A stretch of DNA of 64,000 bases from Takakia lepidozioides (GCA_030704615.1 CM060731.1:47740001-47804000); one strand, 5' to 3'. Positions 48,213 to 62,189 are shown, counted from the stretch's first letter. Notes: generated by a model not told the origin, from the letters alone. A program made the numbers and translations.

Positions 48213-51200
48213 ATGTCGAGGGAGCGAGATACACTTGCTCCATTCCATTCCAATGCAGGTACTCTTCCACTGACTGCCACTGCAGACGACGATGGGTTTG
48301 CAGTTGTTCATGAGGATGAGCTGGTTACAGTGTTCCCGCTGGAGTTGGGTTCTCTCCTTGTTCAAAAAGAGGTGTATGACGAGGATGGGAATTTGGATTC
48401 TGGGCACTTGGAGAAACCATTGGTTGGCAAGTGTGGAAGGAAGTGGAGAGTCCTTCCAGGCACATACCGTGTCCTTGGAAAAGAGAGAAGACAATTAGCA
48501 GGATTGGTCGTTACCCCTGGCACTGCAGCATCGGTCGTGCAACAAAAGGGCACAGTTCCTGTGAAACAAGAGGTGAGCACATCCACTACCTTCGTGACTC
48601 TTTCAGACTCGTCCTCGGAGGATGTTTATGAGATTCCTCCGCCAGTGCTGACTCCGTCATTGGATGATGACGAATTGCAAGAGATAACGAGTGTCATTCC
48701 AAAATTGAAAGCCCTCGCAGGTGTGCCTGGGTGCAAGAGCGAGCTGCGTTTTGTTGACTGGGAGTCCCTTCCTGTGCAACGGGTTCAATACGTGCCAGCA
48801 CAGTTTGATGGGGACATCCTGTTTGAGCTCAACCCTCCCACCTCTTCCACTGGACTGGCTGGGCTTTTACAGGGCATGGACAAGAAACATGACGGACATC
48901 CTTGGTGCAGGACAAAAACGTCGAACATCCATAACGACATTGGCTTGAAATTTTGGAGGTCAGTCTGTGTTGGGCATTGTAAGTGCCAGAATATTTCTTG
49001 CCCTCGCCTGAGAAACAACGCTCAACCAAACGAAAGTGAGTGGGAAGGTGTGCCCCTGAATCCTTTCACCCCAGGGCTTGCCCCTCCCAGGACCAATACT
49101 TTCGTGTGCAGGTTCTGCAAACTTTCTCCGTCCTGTGTTTCTGTGTGCCACGCTCGTATGTATCAGGTGGCACACCGATGCAAGACAATGACTCGTGCCT
49201 GCATTCATATGGGTGCACACGAGCATCCTGTGTCCAAAGGAAGTTGCAGGGATAGCGTGGACATCGCTAGAAATCTACTGAAGCAGGAGTTCCACAATGC
49301 CCCTTGTGCAACACCTTCTGCTATAGCGCTTGCAGCTAGCAAGACATTCCTGGAGAAACATATACTGGGTGAAGGGGATGCGACAGAACTTATGCTGGAT
49401 GCAGATTCGCTTAATGCAGTCATGGACCATTTCTCCGTGTTGAGCTCTCCCAATATTCGAAACCAGGTGAATGCACTCAGAATGGGCACAGGCACTGCTG
49501 GATTCATGGACAACATTATGGACCTGAAACGGAGGAGTCGCTATGAATTCATTCAAAACAGTATCTTCCCTGGCCAGGGCTCGTCCAAGGTGTATTTGTT
49601 CAAGATGTCCGCTGTGGGCGAAGGCAGTGGTGTGAGCATTGTCCGCCGTATGCAACCAGGAGGAGATTTGGCTAAATGTTGGTTAATGTTTGATCACTGC
49701 AAACGGGTGAAGGGTTGGACAACCATGGCGTGCCATGTGTATGATCCGGCGTACCAGCGTGTGCTCTCCATAGCAATTTGTGATATGCAGTCGGAGGACA
49801 CTGAATCCCAAATGCTCATGTGGAATTCGCTCTTGGCCGTCATGCAGCGCAATGGAATACAAAACACAAATTTTGCGGGCTTCATGGCTGATAGTGCACA
49901 GGCAAATTTCAATGCAGTGCGATGCGTGTTTGGTTTGGGGGATCCTAAGGTCCCAATGGAAAATAAGGAGCGCACATGCCTCTTCCATTGGACTCAATCT
50001 CTGCACGTCATACAAAGCGCTGCATTCGCCCTGACCTGCAGTTGGAGCACAGAAGGCTCTGTCTCAAGTACAAGAATGCCACCAATGGGAGAAGCTGAGA
50101 GCACTTACCAGGCAATCCAGGCTTGGTGGTTCTCCTCTGGTGCTGCAACAGGTACCCACGTAAAGGAGTTGGAGGACTGGTTGGTTTTCTGGCACTTCAG
50201 GTACAGACAGTGGGGAGCTTTCATGACGACGGTAAGCCTCTTCAATCCCAAAAACAAAATTTTTGCATCGTGCCTGTTCATTTGGGGTTCTTCGATTGTC
50301 ACTTGAAGAACCTCTACCATTTGTTTTCGTTCCTGACATATCCATGCAATGCCTCCTGCAGGACATGTCCTTGGAGGACTTGGCCGACATGCCATCCTGT
50401 AATTTGGCGGAGACTGTTCACAATGCCTGGATGCAGCAGTCTACCAAAGCAGGTCGTGACTTGTATGTGGCCACTGCTGATGACATGGTGCGTGCACTTA
50501 CACAACAAACCAGGTACCGCAATTTTCTGATGGGACGGGGTGGAGGCAAGGGCCCTGATACGACTTTGTTGATGCTAAGGGCTGCGAGTAGGTCCGGAGT
50601 CCCGTCAAAGATGGCCAGAGCTCTAAACAGATGCACTGAAGGGTCCGCTCTACAATCCAGGATCCCCCATTTGGAAGGCGAGGAAAGATTTGGATCATGC
50701 AAAAGGAAATTGAACACTCTTCCAGGGTCAGATGGAGATTCCCATCGGCCAGACAGGGTCAATTTCTCTGTGCCAAAGGTGTCTCCACTGCAGACTGAGT
50801 CGTGTGCCCGCCCCTTCCCAGGTGGGTCCTCCTCCAGTGGAGCACGTGCAGAACATACAAGCACAGCAGCAGGAATCCCATTGGAGGAGGCGGTGGCCAT
50901 GGTGCAGGAATCCGATTGCATTGATAGTGAGTGGCATATAGAACGCATCCCACCAGGATCTAGAGTGGCTTGCATGGCAATTCAGAACCCCTCATTCAAG
51001 AAATGCAAATCAAAGATATGCAAAGGCTCCAGGGGGACTCCAGCTCCAACATTCACAGGGTTGTTCCGACCTTATCATAGTGGGGAGTCAAAGGACCACA
51101 AATTTTGGTTCTGCCCAGACGATATGGCACGATGCGTGAAGGGAACAGTTCGTCCTTCGGTGATAATGAAACCCCCTCCCCCCGCAATTTGGCCTGTGCA

Positions 51201-51774
51201 AATTGGGACGTCGATGTCATCAACCGAGATAAACATGCTGGAGGAGGGAGGGTTCTGTCTTGCACGGTCCCGGGTGGTGCCCTCATGCACTGTCGGCACA
51301 GATGTGCCACATGCTCCGGCAATGTCGCCACCCTGTGCCGACTCACACCCAACAAAAAGAGATGGAAAAACAGTGCGCCGTTTCGCTTCGGGTGCAGATC
51401 ACGAATGCAAGATGGAATCTGCTAGAATTTTGCAGGCTCGGGTGTCTCGTATCACCGAAGTCCCTTCTCCGGGGTATGGACGGATTTACACAGTGCTGTC
51501 AATTGGGTCAGTTCTTCATGGCAAAGAATATCAGGTTACCGTCGGGAATTTCCCTTCGTGCACTTGTCCGGACTTTGTAACGATGCGTGAGGGCGCTCTC
51601 GGCATGAGGGGGAAGTGGGTCCCCTGCAAGCATCAATATTACATATACCTTGTGATTATGTGTTGCGACGGTAAGAGAGACCAATTCATCCACCAAGCCA
51701 CACTAGGCTATGGAGAAGTGAACACCCTTCTACAGCGGGACACCTCGCGTGGAGCTCCGCCAACTTCTCTTTGA
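48213..51774 (+). pseudogene. Mutator-family transposase, copy 2 (exons 48213-50231, 50362-51774), with two compensating frameshifts
   Basis: Same motifs as copy 1 (KHDGHPWCRTKTSNI, MFDH, FMADSAQANFNA, CLFHW, SCNLAETVH, CTCPDF..PCKH) and same intron position; ~50005-50085 reads homologously only in a shifted frame. Confidence 0.85.
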
Positions 51775-52744
51775 ATGCCCGCTGCCCATGCTGGTTTGCA
51801 GGTTGCCGTGTGAAGACTTTGCATTTCTGACAAACATATGGATTTCGTTTACGGAACCAGGGCAAATGCACATGCAATTCATTGTAAGTGTCTATCTGTG
51901 AATTGAAATAAACTGTGACAATCATTCTGAGCTCAAATCTGCCATGTTTTCATATTTCTGTTTTTGAGCGGGCATTGCACACATGGTGTGTGTTGGCCCC
52001 CTTTGTTTTGTCCACGGTAATAGGCCCTCTTCCTGCAATCCTCACCTATAGGACCTTCTTCTCCAGCAGATTCGTGCCGCTCACGCTTTCCTGAAGCGTG
52101 AGCTCAGCTCACGCTTTGTAGCTTGAACGTGAGCTCAGCTCCCAGACTCACGGGGCTGGGCTCACGCCGTAGCTACGCTCCTTCTCGATGTGCGCAACGA
52201 AGGAGACAACAGCTTTTCACTAGCTTTGATAACGCCTGGGGGAAAGGGAACATCATCTGCAGCGTCCGGGAAATATTTTGAGTTGAACCAGCCAGTGGCC
52301 GCTCATTTTCAGCACCAACCGGCTAAGTGGGTTGGGGGGTCGGCTGCTGCCCCTTGGTGGTAACTTCAGGTGGTCAATTTCCTACATATTGTTTTACAAC
52401 CGGTAATATTCCTTCTTCTTTTTTATGTGTTCGGCTATAAATCCGGCCATTGTACATATCAACCGGTTCATTTCCTGCAAATGAAAAATAAATTCGGCTG
52501 CATACAAATTCAACAAATGAACAACAATAAATAATCACAACCAATTTTAAGCAATTCAAACAAGTGCAGAAAAGTATCCTTGGCAGGAGTTGAACCTGTC
52601 AATGCCCTCCACCAGTTGGAGGCCAAGGATCGAACCCTTCTAAAATGCAAGGACCTCAACCAAAAATTGAAGGGCCTTGAATTTTAGAAGCGTTACCTAT
52701 CTAAACAAACAAACAAACAAAAATTCAAAACTGCAAATCATCAT

Positions 52745-54950
52745 TGGTACCTTCTGGTTGTCCAGCTAAATATAGCTCAGGATGAGAGAACAAATGTCTG
52801 AAGTTTGTGGAGTTCTTCCACAAAGATATGGCCTCAATCAAAAGGTTGACATACCTGCACACTTGGCCCTTCCAAAGCAACACGAAGCACACTTTCCAAG
52901 TTCTTTGTTTTCAACTTGTTTCGAAATTTAGTTTTGATTGAGTTTTGAACTGAGAATGCCCTCTCACATGCGGCAGTGCTTATACATTGAACTCGAGCAA
53001 TTTCAGAAAGCACAAGCAAGTTTTCATACTTCATCGTTAGAGAAGGGTTCCAAGTCACCATGCCCCAAAGATCCTTGAAAGTTTTCTCCATCCACTCGGT
53101 ACTTGCCTGTAGTTTGAAAGCAAAGAACTCTCGTTTCACCGCTGCTATGTCAATAAGGGTAGGCAATGTCCTTCCTGCAATCTGTCTCTCGACACCATAG
53201 TGCGCACATAATATTTCCAACTCTACTACACCCCAACTTGCTAACCCCACTTGCCTAGTTGGTAGGTTACATGGACTCAATATTTTGAATGCACTTACAA
53301 CTCCGTTGTCCTCAAATCTGGCATCCAAAGCATTGCAAATAGCCTCTGCATAAAGCTTTTGGAAAGTAAGTGCTGCCTCCAAATCACCCCCCATCCTCTC
53401 TCGTGTCATTTGTACACCATGAAATTTGGATCCCCTAATCTCAGAGGCTAGCCGCCTCAAATACCCACCAGGAGGACCAAACTCCGGGATGATGTGATAA
53501 CCCGTTTCCTCATTGAAGGTGGATTGGTTCAAATCCGTGCTATCCTCAATGAAAAACATTCGTATTTGTGCAATCTCTGTCTTAACTATGGACCCAATGT
53601 TGGTTACATCCACAAACTTCCATTGGAACACACGTGAGAGTAGAGATAGACCGTGCAACCTATCAGCCAAAAAATACAAGACATAAATCATTTTGAATGA
53701 CCTTAGCTTGTTATACAAAAGAGGGGCTGATCCATCATCCTTGGCAGCCAGCACATCTCTAAAATACGTGAGAACACTCTCAAGACTATCACAAAGCGAT
53801 GTCACGGCCTTCCACCTAGATAACCAACGAATCTTGTGAAACCTTTTGAGGCACTTCTGAGCTTCATTAAGCTCGGTCTGCAAAGCTTGCAAAGCTGCCT
53901 TACGCTTAGATGATTTGCGAAAATGACCAGCAAGAGAATTCAAAAGTGTGTCAACCTCATTTGAAATAAGATGACATGGTGATGTCTTGGCAGCTTCTAA
54001 TGCTGCCAAGTTGGTCCTATGTGCTACGCAATGGACGGCCAACATAAAGGGGTTTACCTTTTGCTTAAGACGAGCAGCCACGCCGGATCGAGCCCCCACC
54101 ATGGTTGCTGCCCCATCCGAACCAAACCCCAAAAACTTATCTAGATCCAAACCCCACTCTTTCAAACTAGTTAGTAAACATTCATATATCATTGCGGCAT
54201 CCTTCTTGCCATCAATAATCTGAAGTAACCCCAAAAACAGAGTGACTGGCAACCCTCTTCAACAAAAGAAGCAAAAACAACAAGATGACCGGTTACTGAA
54301 ATGTCAGTTGACTCATCTATCATGATTCCATAGTACTTGGAATCCTTCACTCTATCCAACATTTTTTTCTGAACAACACATGAGATACAAAACAATATAT
54401 CAGCATATGACTTCTCATCATGGTACAGTTTTTGGGTAATACAAGCTTTGAGAGTAACCAAAAGTTGACACAAACCTGGAAATTTGCTAAATGGCAAGGC
54501 CTCCAAACCAATGTAGTAAGCAGTTTGGAAAAGAGCCAAAACAACATCATCACAAGCTCGATTAGCACTAGCTATGGCTTTCTCCATGGCTTTCTTACCA
54601 GATTGTAGGGCCCAAGACAACTTACGATGCTCTTCTGACCTAGCATGGTCTTGGAATGAACTCACCTTGACATTGACAGAACCAGCATTTGCAAAGACTG
54701 TCCTCCCTCCTTTCCCTCTACAAACTTTACAAAAAACCCTACCTAGATCATGGTTAAACTCAATCCAATCAAATTGAGTGTACCAAGCATCTTTCCATGC
54801 CTTCTGGGCTGCCTCTACACTATTCGATGGCTTGTCCATACCACTTGAAGATGAGGCAGAGGGGACAGCAAAATGAGACTCCTCATCACAATCACCAGTG
54901 CGACTAGCCCTAAATAACATATTTCTTAGATTCCTTTGGCGCTTGGCCAT
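52745..54950 (-). pseudogene. hAT transposase (ZNF862-like), frameshifted
   Basis: W...FDW...FCKVC Zn region, IDESTD, SDGAATMVG, HCVAHRTNLA, IRWLSR, STAACERAFS; frameshifts near 54252 and ~52845. Confidence 0.88.
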
Positions 54951-55212
54951 AGCCAAAACCTTACAAAATACAAATATATAGCACGGAAATTGCAAGGAAG
55001 GGCCAGCGATCACCAAAGGGGCTGAGCACATAATTGCAATAAAGAAAGGCCAAATTTCACCAAAGGAGCTGATGAACAAAGGACGTTCCAAGCTTGGCAC
55101 AAGGATATAGGGCGGCCAAAATGAAGGAACTCCCCCTAAGCAGAAGTGCAGGGCCCGCGCGATGACTGTGGCTGCGGCTGGGGCGTTGGCCTTGAACTGT
55201 GGTAGCACGCAG

Positions 55213-55940
55213 TGTCGCGGCCCTTTGCCTTGAGGGCAGGGGGTCGGGACACATGAGGGGCTGCCTTTGTGGTGGGGGCAGCGGCAGCAATAGGTAGGGG
55301 GGGCTGAAGCACCCTTGAGTGCCCAAGGCACTCAGGGAAGCGGAGGCGCTCACTAGGTGGAGCCCCGCACGCCGGGTTGCGGTGGGGGTGGCTCCATAAG
55401 GGGTGGTGGTAGCTTAGCGGGACTTAGTGGGGGTGGAATAGGACTCACCATGGGGGCGGAGACCTCGTGGTGGGAGTCGTGGGGAGTCTTGGGACTCATC
55501 ACGGTCCATAGGGGCCGTGGTGAGCGGGCCAAGACTCACCGCGACTCATCACCGGGAGTCGAGGGTTTTCGTGGTGGTTCGCCATAAAATAGCATGGCTG
55601 GTTGTGAAACCCCCGCGGACAGCTACAGAAATATATATAGGGAGTAGTAACCCCGAGAACGGTGCAAGCCCGTTGGTGACCAAAAACTAGTGAGTAAGCG
55701 AGCGAGCCGGAAAGCAACCAAAGAGTGGGGAGCTGTTCCGGACTGCCATCTACCAAAGGGAATTCTCCTAGGCCCAAATAGGTGGAGGGTTTAGTGGGAA
55801 GCGAAGGGGGGGACCGTTATGTCCCGGTGAGCAGCCGAAGCTCCAAGTTGGCCTGGGCGGCCAGGTTGGGAGTCAGGCGCGCGCATCAAAGCGAGTAACT
55901 ATGACTTGAAGGGGAGCTTACCGAAGTGAGGTGCGCGACA
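55213..55940 (+). repeat. 5' LTR
   Basis: TG...CA with 7-bp terminal inverted repeat; TATA-like ATATATATAG at ~55631. Confidence 0.95.
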
Positions 55941-55942
55941 CT

Positions 55943-55955
55943 TGGTATCAGAGCC
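55943..55955 (+). promoter_or_regulatory. Primer binding site, initiator tRNA-Met
   Basis: TGGTATCAGAGCC, two bases after the 5' LTR. Confidence 0.93.
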
Positions 55956-55995
55956 TAGAGTTCAGTACGCGATCGTCCTTGGGATTGGCCTCATC

Positions 55996-58900
55996 ATGGG
56001 GTCGGGCAAGCCGAAGCGAAAGCGGAACGGCCCAAAAGATGATGATCCCGGTGAGCCCGATGGGGGCGGCGTGTCACCGAGGCGGCCGTTTGAGGTAGCG
56101 ATGCATGTTTCCGAAAACGAGGCCGCCCAAGAGCGGGAGGAATCCGAGGAGTCGGAGCCCAAGGAATCCTTGAGAGCTCCGACAAACCAAGAGATGCCTC
56201 CCATGCCGGCAGCCTTTTGGGAAGGGTTGTTGGCGCAGTTTGGCGGGACGTTGAAAGACGTGTTGAAGGCGGCTAATGCCACTTCCACTAAGGCAAAGTT
56301 TAAGGTGAAGCCTAAGGAACCCGACACCTTCGAGGGCGTCCGAAATCGGAAGGCACTCAACACCTGGCTCTTGGAGCTGGAGCAGTACTTCCGGGCGGCC
56401 AAGTTGAGTGACGAGGATCGCGTGGAAGTGGCTCCCACCTATTTGAGAAGCTGTGCTCAACAATGGTGGCAGAAACGCCTTCACGACCGAGGTCCAAGTC
56501 CGGAAACCTTGAACTGGAGTGGGTTCAAGGAATTGATGAAGAGACAGTTTGTGCCCCTCAACGCGTCTTGGCTTGCCCGGGACAAGATGAGGAATTTGAA
56601 GCAAACAGATGACATTCGGGGGTATGTCCAGGCTTTCAATGTGCTGTTGCTCGAAGTCGCGGACATGGCAGAACCAGAAATGGTCTTCAACTTTGTGGCG
56701 GGACTGGCCCCATGGGCCAGGCGGAAGTTGGAGGAGAAGCCACCCAAGACTTTGAACAAGGCAATTGAGAGGGCTGAATGTTTCTCGGATGTCCCTAGGG
56801 GTGAGAGACAAGGCCGTACGGAGCTGAACCACAAGAAGACCCGGCAGGAAGGTGACTCCTTCCGACCGGAAAAGAAGTGGGATAGGCCACGTGGCGACAA
56901 TGGCATGTGGAAATCGAAGGGAGGGCCTTCACACGTCAAGGCGGCACCCGGTGCTTCGAAAGGAAAAGCGGGTGGAGCGGCTTATGGCGGACAGAAGGCG
57001 ACCTTTGATGGAGTGTGTTTCAATTGCGGGGAGCCCGGGCACATGGCCAAGAAGTGCACGAAGCCCCGGCAATTGAACATGACTCGGGCGACCACGGAGC
57101 TGTCGGAAGATACCATCAGTCGCTTGGTGGAAGCGGTGGTCACCAGGACTTGCAAGGTAGGCAAATTTTCTTGTGAGTTGTATCAGGAAACTGGTGCCTT
57201 ACGAAAAGGGAGTCAGTTATTGTTCGTGGATGGGATAATATCCGGAACTTATGTGTCGTTGTTAGTGGACATAGGAGCGTCGCACTCCTTCATGACACCG
57301 GCAACGGCACAAAAGTTGGGACTCCCGACAAGTGACGTGGGGGCCTCTATTGAGGTGCGTTCTGCCAAAGGAGAACCACAGTTGGCGACAAGGTTGGTGT
57401 TTGATGTTCCTCTTCAACTGGGGAGTTGGGAGGGACGTGAGAACTTCACCATCTGCGAGATCGATGGAGTAGATCTCATTTTGGGGATGACCTTTTTGAG
57501 CAAATCCGGAGCGGTCATAGATGGCCGCAAGAGAGTAGTCACGCTGCCATGTGGGAATGGTGGCGAGGTCTTACGAGTGTCGGAAACGCCCAAATCCGTG
57601 GGAGGGCGAATAAACCTTCTGTCAGCAAGGGAGTGGGCCGTGGAGGAGGCACACGAACCCCAGTTTTTGCTTTACATTAGAGAAGTGAAGGGAGAAGGCG
57701 ATGGGGAGCCGAGCCCAGATTGGATCAAGGGGATTTTGGAGAAATACCAGGATGTGATGCCGGAGGATTTACCAAGCGGCTTGCCACCGCGAAGAGGAGT
57801 TGACCACAAGATTGAGGTGATACCGGGAACGGAACCGCCTGCCAAGGCACCCTACCGGTTGAGCCACAGGGAGTTGGTCGAGCTGAAGACTCAGCTCAAG
57901 GATCTAATGTCAAAGGGGTACATCCGGCCGAGTAAGTCACCTTACGGAGCCCCGGTGCTATTCGCAGACAAGAAGGATGGGACGCTGCGGATGTGTGTCG
58001 ATTACAGGGCTCTGAATAAGGTGACTATCAAAAACCGGTACCCTTTGCCAAGGATCGACGACCTCTTCGATCGGTTGGCAGGAGCGAAGTATTTCAGCCG
58101 GATCGACTTGCGCTCCGGCTATCATCAAATTCGGGTGGCGGAAGGAGATGAGGAGAAGACCGCGTGCAGGACAAGGTATGGTTCATATGAGTTCTTGGTG
58201 ATGCCTTTTGGGCTCACCAATGCACCAGCGACATTTAGCACGCTGATGAACAGCCTTTTTCAGGAGTGGTTGGATGACTTTGTGATCGTGTACATCGACG
58301 ACATCTTGGTGTACTCGAAAACAAAGGAGGAGCACCTGGAGCACCTCAAAAGGGTGTTCCAAAAATTGCGAGAAGGGAAGCTGTATGCCAAAGCTTCAAA
58401 GTGCGAATTCGGGGTCACGAAAGTGGAGTTCTTGGGGCATGTGATTACACAGGATGGGATCAAAATGGATGATAGAAAGGTGAGGGCGATCTTGGACTGG
58501 GAGCCTCCGACTTCGGTCCCGGGAGTGCGTTCCTTCCTAGGACTCGCCTCATATTACCGGAAGTATGTGAGAAATTTCGCCAAGATCGCGGGGCCGCTGT
58601 CGGACCTTCTGTGTAAATCTAAAGTCTGGGCATGGAACACCTTTTGTGGCCAAGCTTTTGCTGAATTGAAGCAGCGGATGGCGGAAGCTCCAGTCTTGAA
58701 AATCCCGGAGTTCGATCGTCCGTTCGAGATACATACAGATGCGTCGGACTTCGCGATTGGGGGTGTACTGATGCAAGATGGACGTCCAGTGGCTTACGAA
58801 AGTAAGAAATTGAATGAAGTTGAGCGACGGTGGCCAACGCACGAGAAAGAGATGAAGGCGGTGGTGCACTGTCTTGAGCTCTGGTGCCACTATGTTGGTT

Positions 58901-60558
58901 CCAACCCAGTGAAGGTGTTCACAGACAATGTCACGGTGAAGTATTTTGCCACGCAGCCCAAGTTGTCCCCAAAACAACTTAGGTGGCAAGATACTTTGGC
59001 GGTGTTCGACGTGGATATTCAGTACAAACCGGGACGAGACAACGTGGTGGCCGATGCTTTAAGTAGAAAGCAGCAGCTCTTGTTGGTGTACAAGGGCGAG
59101 ACGACGCTCCAAAGGAAGATCCGGAAGGCTTGTCGGAAGGATGAGCTGGCAAAGTCCGTGATGCAGGACTTGAGAACGGGGGTTAAATCGCAGTTCCACT
59201 TGCAAAATGGGTTGCTCCGGTATAAGCAAAAGCGTCTCTACGTGCCGAAGGGAGGGATCAGAGATAGCCTCTTGAGAGAATGCCATGATAGCCCGCTTGC
59301 GGGCCACGGCGGAGCCAAGCGCACTGCGGCACTCTTGAAGAAAGAGTATTTCTGGCCCAAACTGAGGGAGGAGGCAGAGGAGTATGTCAAGACATGCACC
59401 ACATGCCAACAAAACCGGAGCGAGTACAAAAAGCAAGCGGGGCTGTTACAACCCTTGCCAATTCCAGAGGGGACTTGGGAAAGCATCTCGATGGATTTCA
59501 TGACTGCTATGCCGCTGTCAAAAGGATTCGATGCAATCATGGTGGTGGTGGATAGGTTCAGTAAAATGGGCCATTTCATCCCCACCAAGGAGACGGCAAC
59601 GGCGCAGGAGACAGGACGACTTTACTTTGCCCACGTCTTAAAGCATCATGGAGTCCCGAAGGATATTGTCTCGGACCGCGATCCAAAGTTTACGAGTAAA
59701 TTCTGGAGAGCACTTTGGAAGAAGATGGGGACGAGGCTGAAGATGAGCACCGCCTTCCGACCTACGACCGACGGCCAAACAGAAAGAGTGAATTCCGTAG
59801 TGAAGCAGATCTTGCGGAATTACGTGTCGGTAGACCAAACAGACTGGGTGAAACACTTAGACGCGGTAGAGTTCTGTTATAATAACACAGAACACTCCGC
59901 AACGGGAGTTTCCCCTTTCGTATTGGTCTATGGAAAAGCACCTCTGGTGCCGACAAGTTGGGCCGCCCAGGACGTTGAGGAACCGGCAGTAGCGGCGGTA
60001 CTGGAAGAACGCGAGCGTTTGTTGAAGCTCGCAAAGTACAACATCGCCAAAGCTAGGAAACGGTATGAAAGGCAGGCGAATCGGAAGCGGAGGGAAGTGA
60101 AGTTTGAGGCAGGCACAGAGGTCTGGTTGAACATCAAGAATTTCCGACTACCTCCGGAAGTGAGTCCGAAGTTCGTACCTCCGTATGCGGGTCCCTTTCG
60201 CATTCGGAAGATTATGAATGAGGATGTGTATGAATTGGAGCTGCCGGCAAACAGCAAGGTGCACCCAGTATTCCATGTCTCCCTTTTGAAGCCTTACTTC
60301 AAAGATGAAGCACGTCCGAATCGGCATCAAGTGTTGCGTCCGCCACCTATGTTGTTGGATCATGAAAATGAACCTGAGTACGAGGTGGAGGCAATACTTA
60401 AGTCGAGGAGGTTCAAGAACCGAGAAACGGAGTATCTCGTCAAATGGAAGGGCTATCATCATGTGGAGGCATCTTGGGTGCGTGCCTCAGAAATGGGAAA
60501 CGCGTCCGAGGCGGTTGCAGCTTTCGAAGGGCGACCTCAAAAGCGGAAGAAGCGTTGA
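55996..60558 (+). CDS. Gag-Pol polyprotein (Gag, CCHC knuckle, PR, RT, RNase H, integrase, chromodomain)
   Basis: Uninterrupted ORF: [57 protein letters not shown]...EYLVKWKGY...SW. Confidence 0.95.
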   Translation: MGSGKPKRKRNGPKDDDPGEPDGGGVSPRRPFEVAMHVSENEAAQEREESEESEPKESLRAPTNQEMPPMPAAFWEGLLAQFGGTLKDVLKAANATSTKAKFKVKPKEPDTFEGVRNRKALNTWLLELEQYFRAAKLSDEDRVEVAPTYLRSCAQQWWQKRLHDRGPSPETLNWSGFKELMKRQFVPLNASWLARDKMRNLKQTDDIRGYVQAFNVLLLEVADMAEPEMVFNFVAGLAPWARRKLEEKPPKTLNKAIERAECFSDVPRGERQGRTELNHKKTRQEGDSFRPEKKWDRPRGDNGMWKSKGGPSHVKAAPGASKGKAGGAAYGGQKATFDGVCFNCGEPGHMAKKCTKPRQLNMTRATTELSEDTISRLVEAVVTRTCKVGKFSCELYQETGALRKGSQLLFVDGIISGTYVSLLVDIGASHSFMTPATAQKLGLPTSDVGASIEVRSAKGEPQLATRLVFDVPLQLGSWEGRENFTICEIDGVDLILGMTFLSKSGAVIDGRKRVVTLPCGNGGEVLRVSETPKSVGGRINLLSAREWAVEEAHEPQFLLYIREVKGEGDGEPSPDWIKGILEKYQDVMPEDLPSGLPPRRGVDHKIEVIPGTEPPAKAPYRLSHRELVELKTQLKDLMSKGYIRPSKSPYGAPVLFADKKDGTLRMCVDYRALNKVTIKNRYPLPRIDDLFDRLAGAKYFSRIDLRSGYHQIRVAEGDEEKTACRTRYGSYEFLVMPFGLTNAPATFSTLMNSLFQEWLDDFVIVYIDDILVYSKTKEEHLEHLKRVFQKLREGKLYAKASKCEFGVTKVEFLGHVITQDGIKMDDRKVRAILDWEPPTSVPGVRSFLGLASYYRKYVRNFAKIAGPLSDLLCKSKVWAWNTFCGQAFAELKQRMAEAPVLKIPEFDRPFEIHTDASDFAIGGVLMQDGRPVAYESKKLNEVERRWPTHEKEMKAVVHCLELWCHYVGSNPVKVFTDNVTVKYFATQPKLSPKQLRWQDTLAVFDVDIQYKPGRDNVVADALSRKQQLLLVYKGETTLQRKIRKACRKDELAKSVMQDLRTGVKSQFHLQNGLLRYKQKRLYVPKGGIRDSLLRECHDSPLAGHGGAKRTAALLKKEYFWPKLREEAEEYVKTCTTCQQNRSEYKKQAGLLQPLPIPEGTWESISMDFMTAMPLSKGFDAIMVVVDRFSKMGHFIPTKETATAQETGRLYFAHVLKHHGVPKDIVSDRDPKFTSKFWRALWKKMGTRLKMSTAFRPTTDGQTERVNSVVKQILRNYVSVDQTDWVKHLDAVEFCYNNTEHSATGVSPFVLVYGKAPLVPTSWAAQDVEEPAVAAVLEERERLLKLAKYNIAKARKRYERQANRKRREVKFEAGTEVWLNIKNFRLPPEVSPKFVPPYAGPFRIRKIMNEDVYELELPANSKVHPVFHVSLLKPYFKDEARPNRHQVLRPPPMLLDHENEPEYEVEAILKSRRFKNRETEYLVKWKGYHHVEASWVRASEMGNASEAVAAFEGRPQKRKKR

Positions 60559-61461
60559 TAGGGACATCAACCTTGGAGCGTGGGGGAGGAAATGCATGCT
60601 TAGCCCGGTTTAGCTAGTTTATGAATCCGATTGCAAAAACTTGTATTGTACAAAATGTGCTATAAATGAAATGGATTCCAAATGTTATGCGTCCTATTTT
60701 GTTTGGAATGGTGATGCATGGTATGGTTGGCTAGTGTGTAGAATGCATGCTAGCTTATAAAAGTGGGAGAGGTAGATTGGGTTAATCGTGTGTTTGCGTA
60801 GTGCCAAAATCGGGTGACCCCCATCCAAGGGGCAATGAAACTTGCGCCTTCTTTGGGAGTTCACGTGCTAGTGCGCACCTGGCGCGTGCGCGTACTATAA
60901 CTGCGCTACCGAGGGGTTGCCTTGTAGTGCGGGCTAACGCGGAAGCTACGTGCTTCCGTTCACGTACTATAATCGTGTAGCCTCGGGACGAAGTCGTAGT
61001 GCGGCTTCGGCGTGTTCCCGTACCTCAGGCCAGCATTCCAAGGCGGACCCAATTGCAGTGATTGGGCGCACGGTTGGTTCAAGGTTATCTTCCTAGTCAA
61101 AGAGGGTTCCAGATGAACCCTTGCTCAAGGTGATGCCAAAAGCGGCCTCATGAGCGATCGCAAGCAATGTTGTTGCAGTAAGGCGATTCGATCCTCGGGG
61201 AGGATGGTTCCTTGGCCTTGAAGTAGGCCAAGAAGAGTGCACTGGGAGGAGCTGGAGAGGCTCCACCCTTGGCCGGGACTTGGAGGAAGTCGGCCGAACT
61301 AGCTAGTGGAGAGTAGAGTCAAGTGTGGGGTTTGGTTCTTTGCCATGGGACGCCATGGTACGGAAACAAACTCCTTGATGTGGGACGCCACAACTTGGAT
61401 GTTCGTTTCTACAAAATGGACAAATTGATGAGGACATCGACTCCCTGTTGGTAGGGGTGTG

Positions 61462-62189
61462 TGTCGCGGCCCTTTGCCTTGAGGGCAGGGGGTCGGGACA
61501 CATGAGGGGCTGCCCCTATGGTGGGGGCAGCGGCAGCGATAGGTAGGGGGGGCTGAAGCACCCTTGAGTGCCCAAGGCACTCAGGGAAGCGGAGGCGCTC
61601 ACTAGGTGGAGCCCCGCACGCCGGTTTGCGGTGGGGGTGGCTCCACAAGGGGTGGTGGTAGCTTAGCGGGACTTAGTGGGGGTGGCATAGGACTCACCAT
61701 GGGGGCGGAGACCTCGTGGTGGGAGTCGTGGGGAGTCTTGGGACTCATCACGGTCCATAGGGGCCGTGGTGAGCGGGCCAAGACTCACCGCGACTCATCA
61801 CCGGGAGTCGAGGGTTTTCGTGGTGGTTCGCCATAAAATAGCATGGCTAGTTGTGAAACCCCCGCGGACAACTACAGAAGTATATATAGGGAGTAATAAC
61901 CCTGAGAACGGTGCAAGCCCGTTGATGACCAAAAACTAGTGAGTAAGCGAGCGAGCCGGAAAGCGACCAAAGAGTGGGGAGCTGTTCCGGACTGCCATCT
62001 ACCAAAGGGAATTCTCCTAGGCCCAAATAGGTGGAGGGTTTAGTGGGAAGCGAAGGGGGGGACCGTTATGTCCCGGTGAGCAGCCGAAGCTCCAAGTTGG
62101 CCCGGGCGGCCAGGTTGGGAGTCGGGCGCGCGCATCAAAGCGAGTAACTATGACTTGAAGGGGAGCTTACCAAAGTGAGGTGCGCGACA
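61462..62189 (+). repeat. 3' LTR
   Basis: Same length as the 5' LTR, about 17 substitutions counted by eye; preceded by G-rich GGTAGGGGTGTG (PPT-like). Confidence 0.95.

Larger units (their letters stand above)
42606..52180 (+). mobile_element. Mutator-like transposon, copy 2 (diverged relative of copy 1), left end missing
   Basis: Same divergent cargo/transposase layout and intron positions. Right end GCTCACGCCGTAGCTACGCTC aligns with copy 1 end GCTCACGCCATTGCGTCGTTG; GCTCACG/CGTGAGC cluster at 52078-52170. No left TIR or TSD found. Confidence 0.85.
55213..62189 (+). mobile_element. Full-length Ty3/Gypsy chromovirus LTR retrotransposon
   Basis: Two 728-bp LTRs TGTCGCG...CGCGACA, 5-bp TSD CGCAG (55208-55212, 62190-62194), PBS, single gag-pol ORF with chromodomain. 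Confidence 0.97.
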
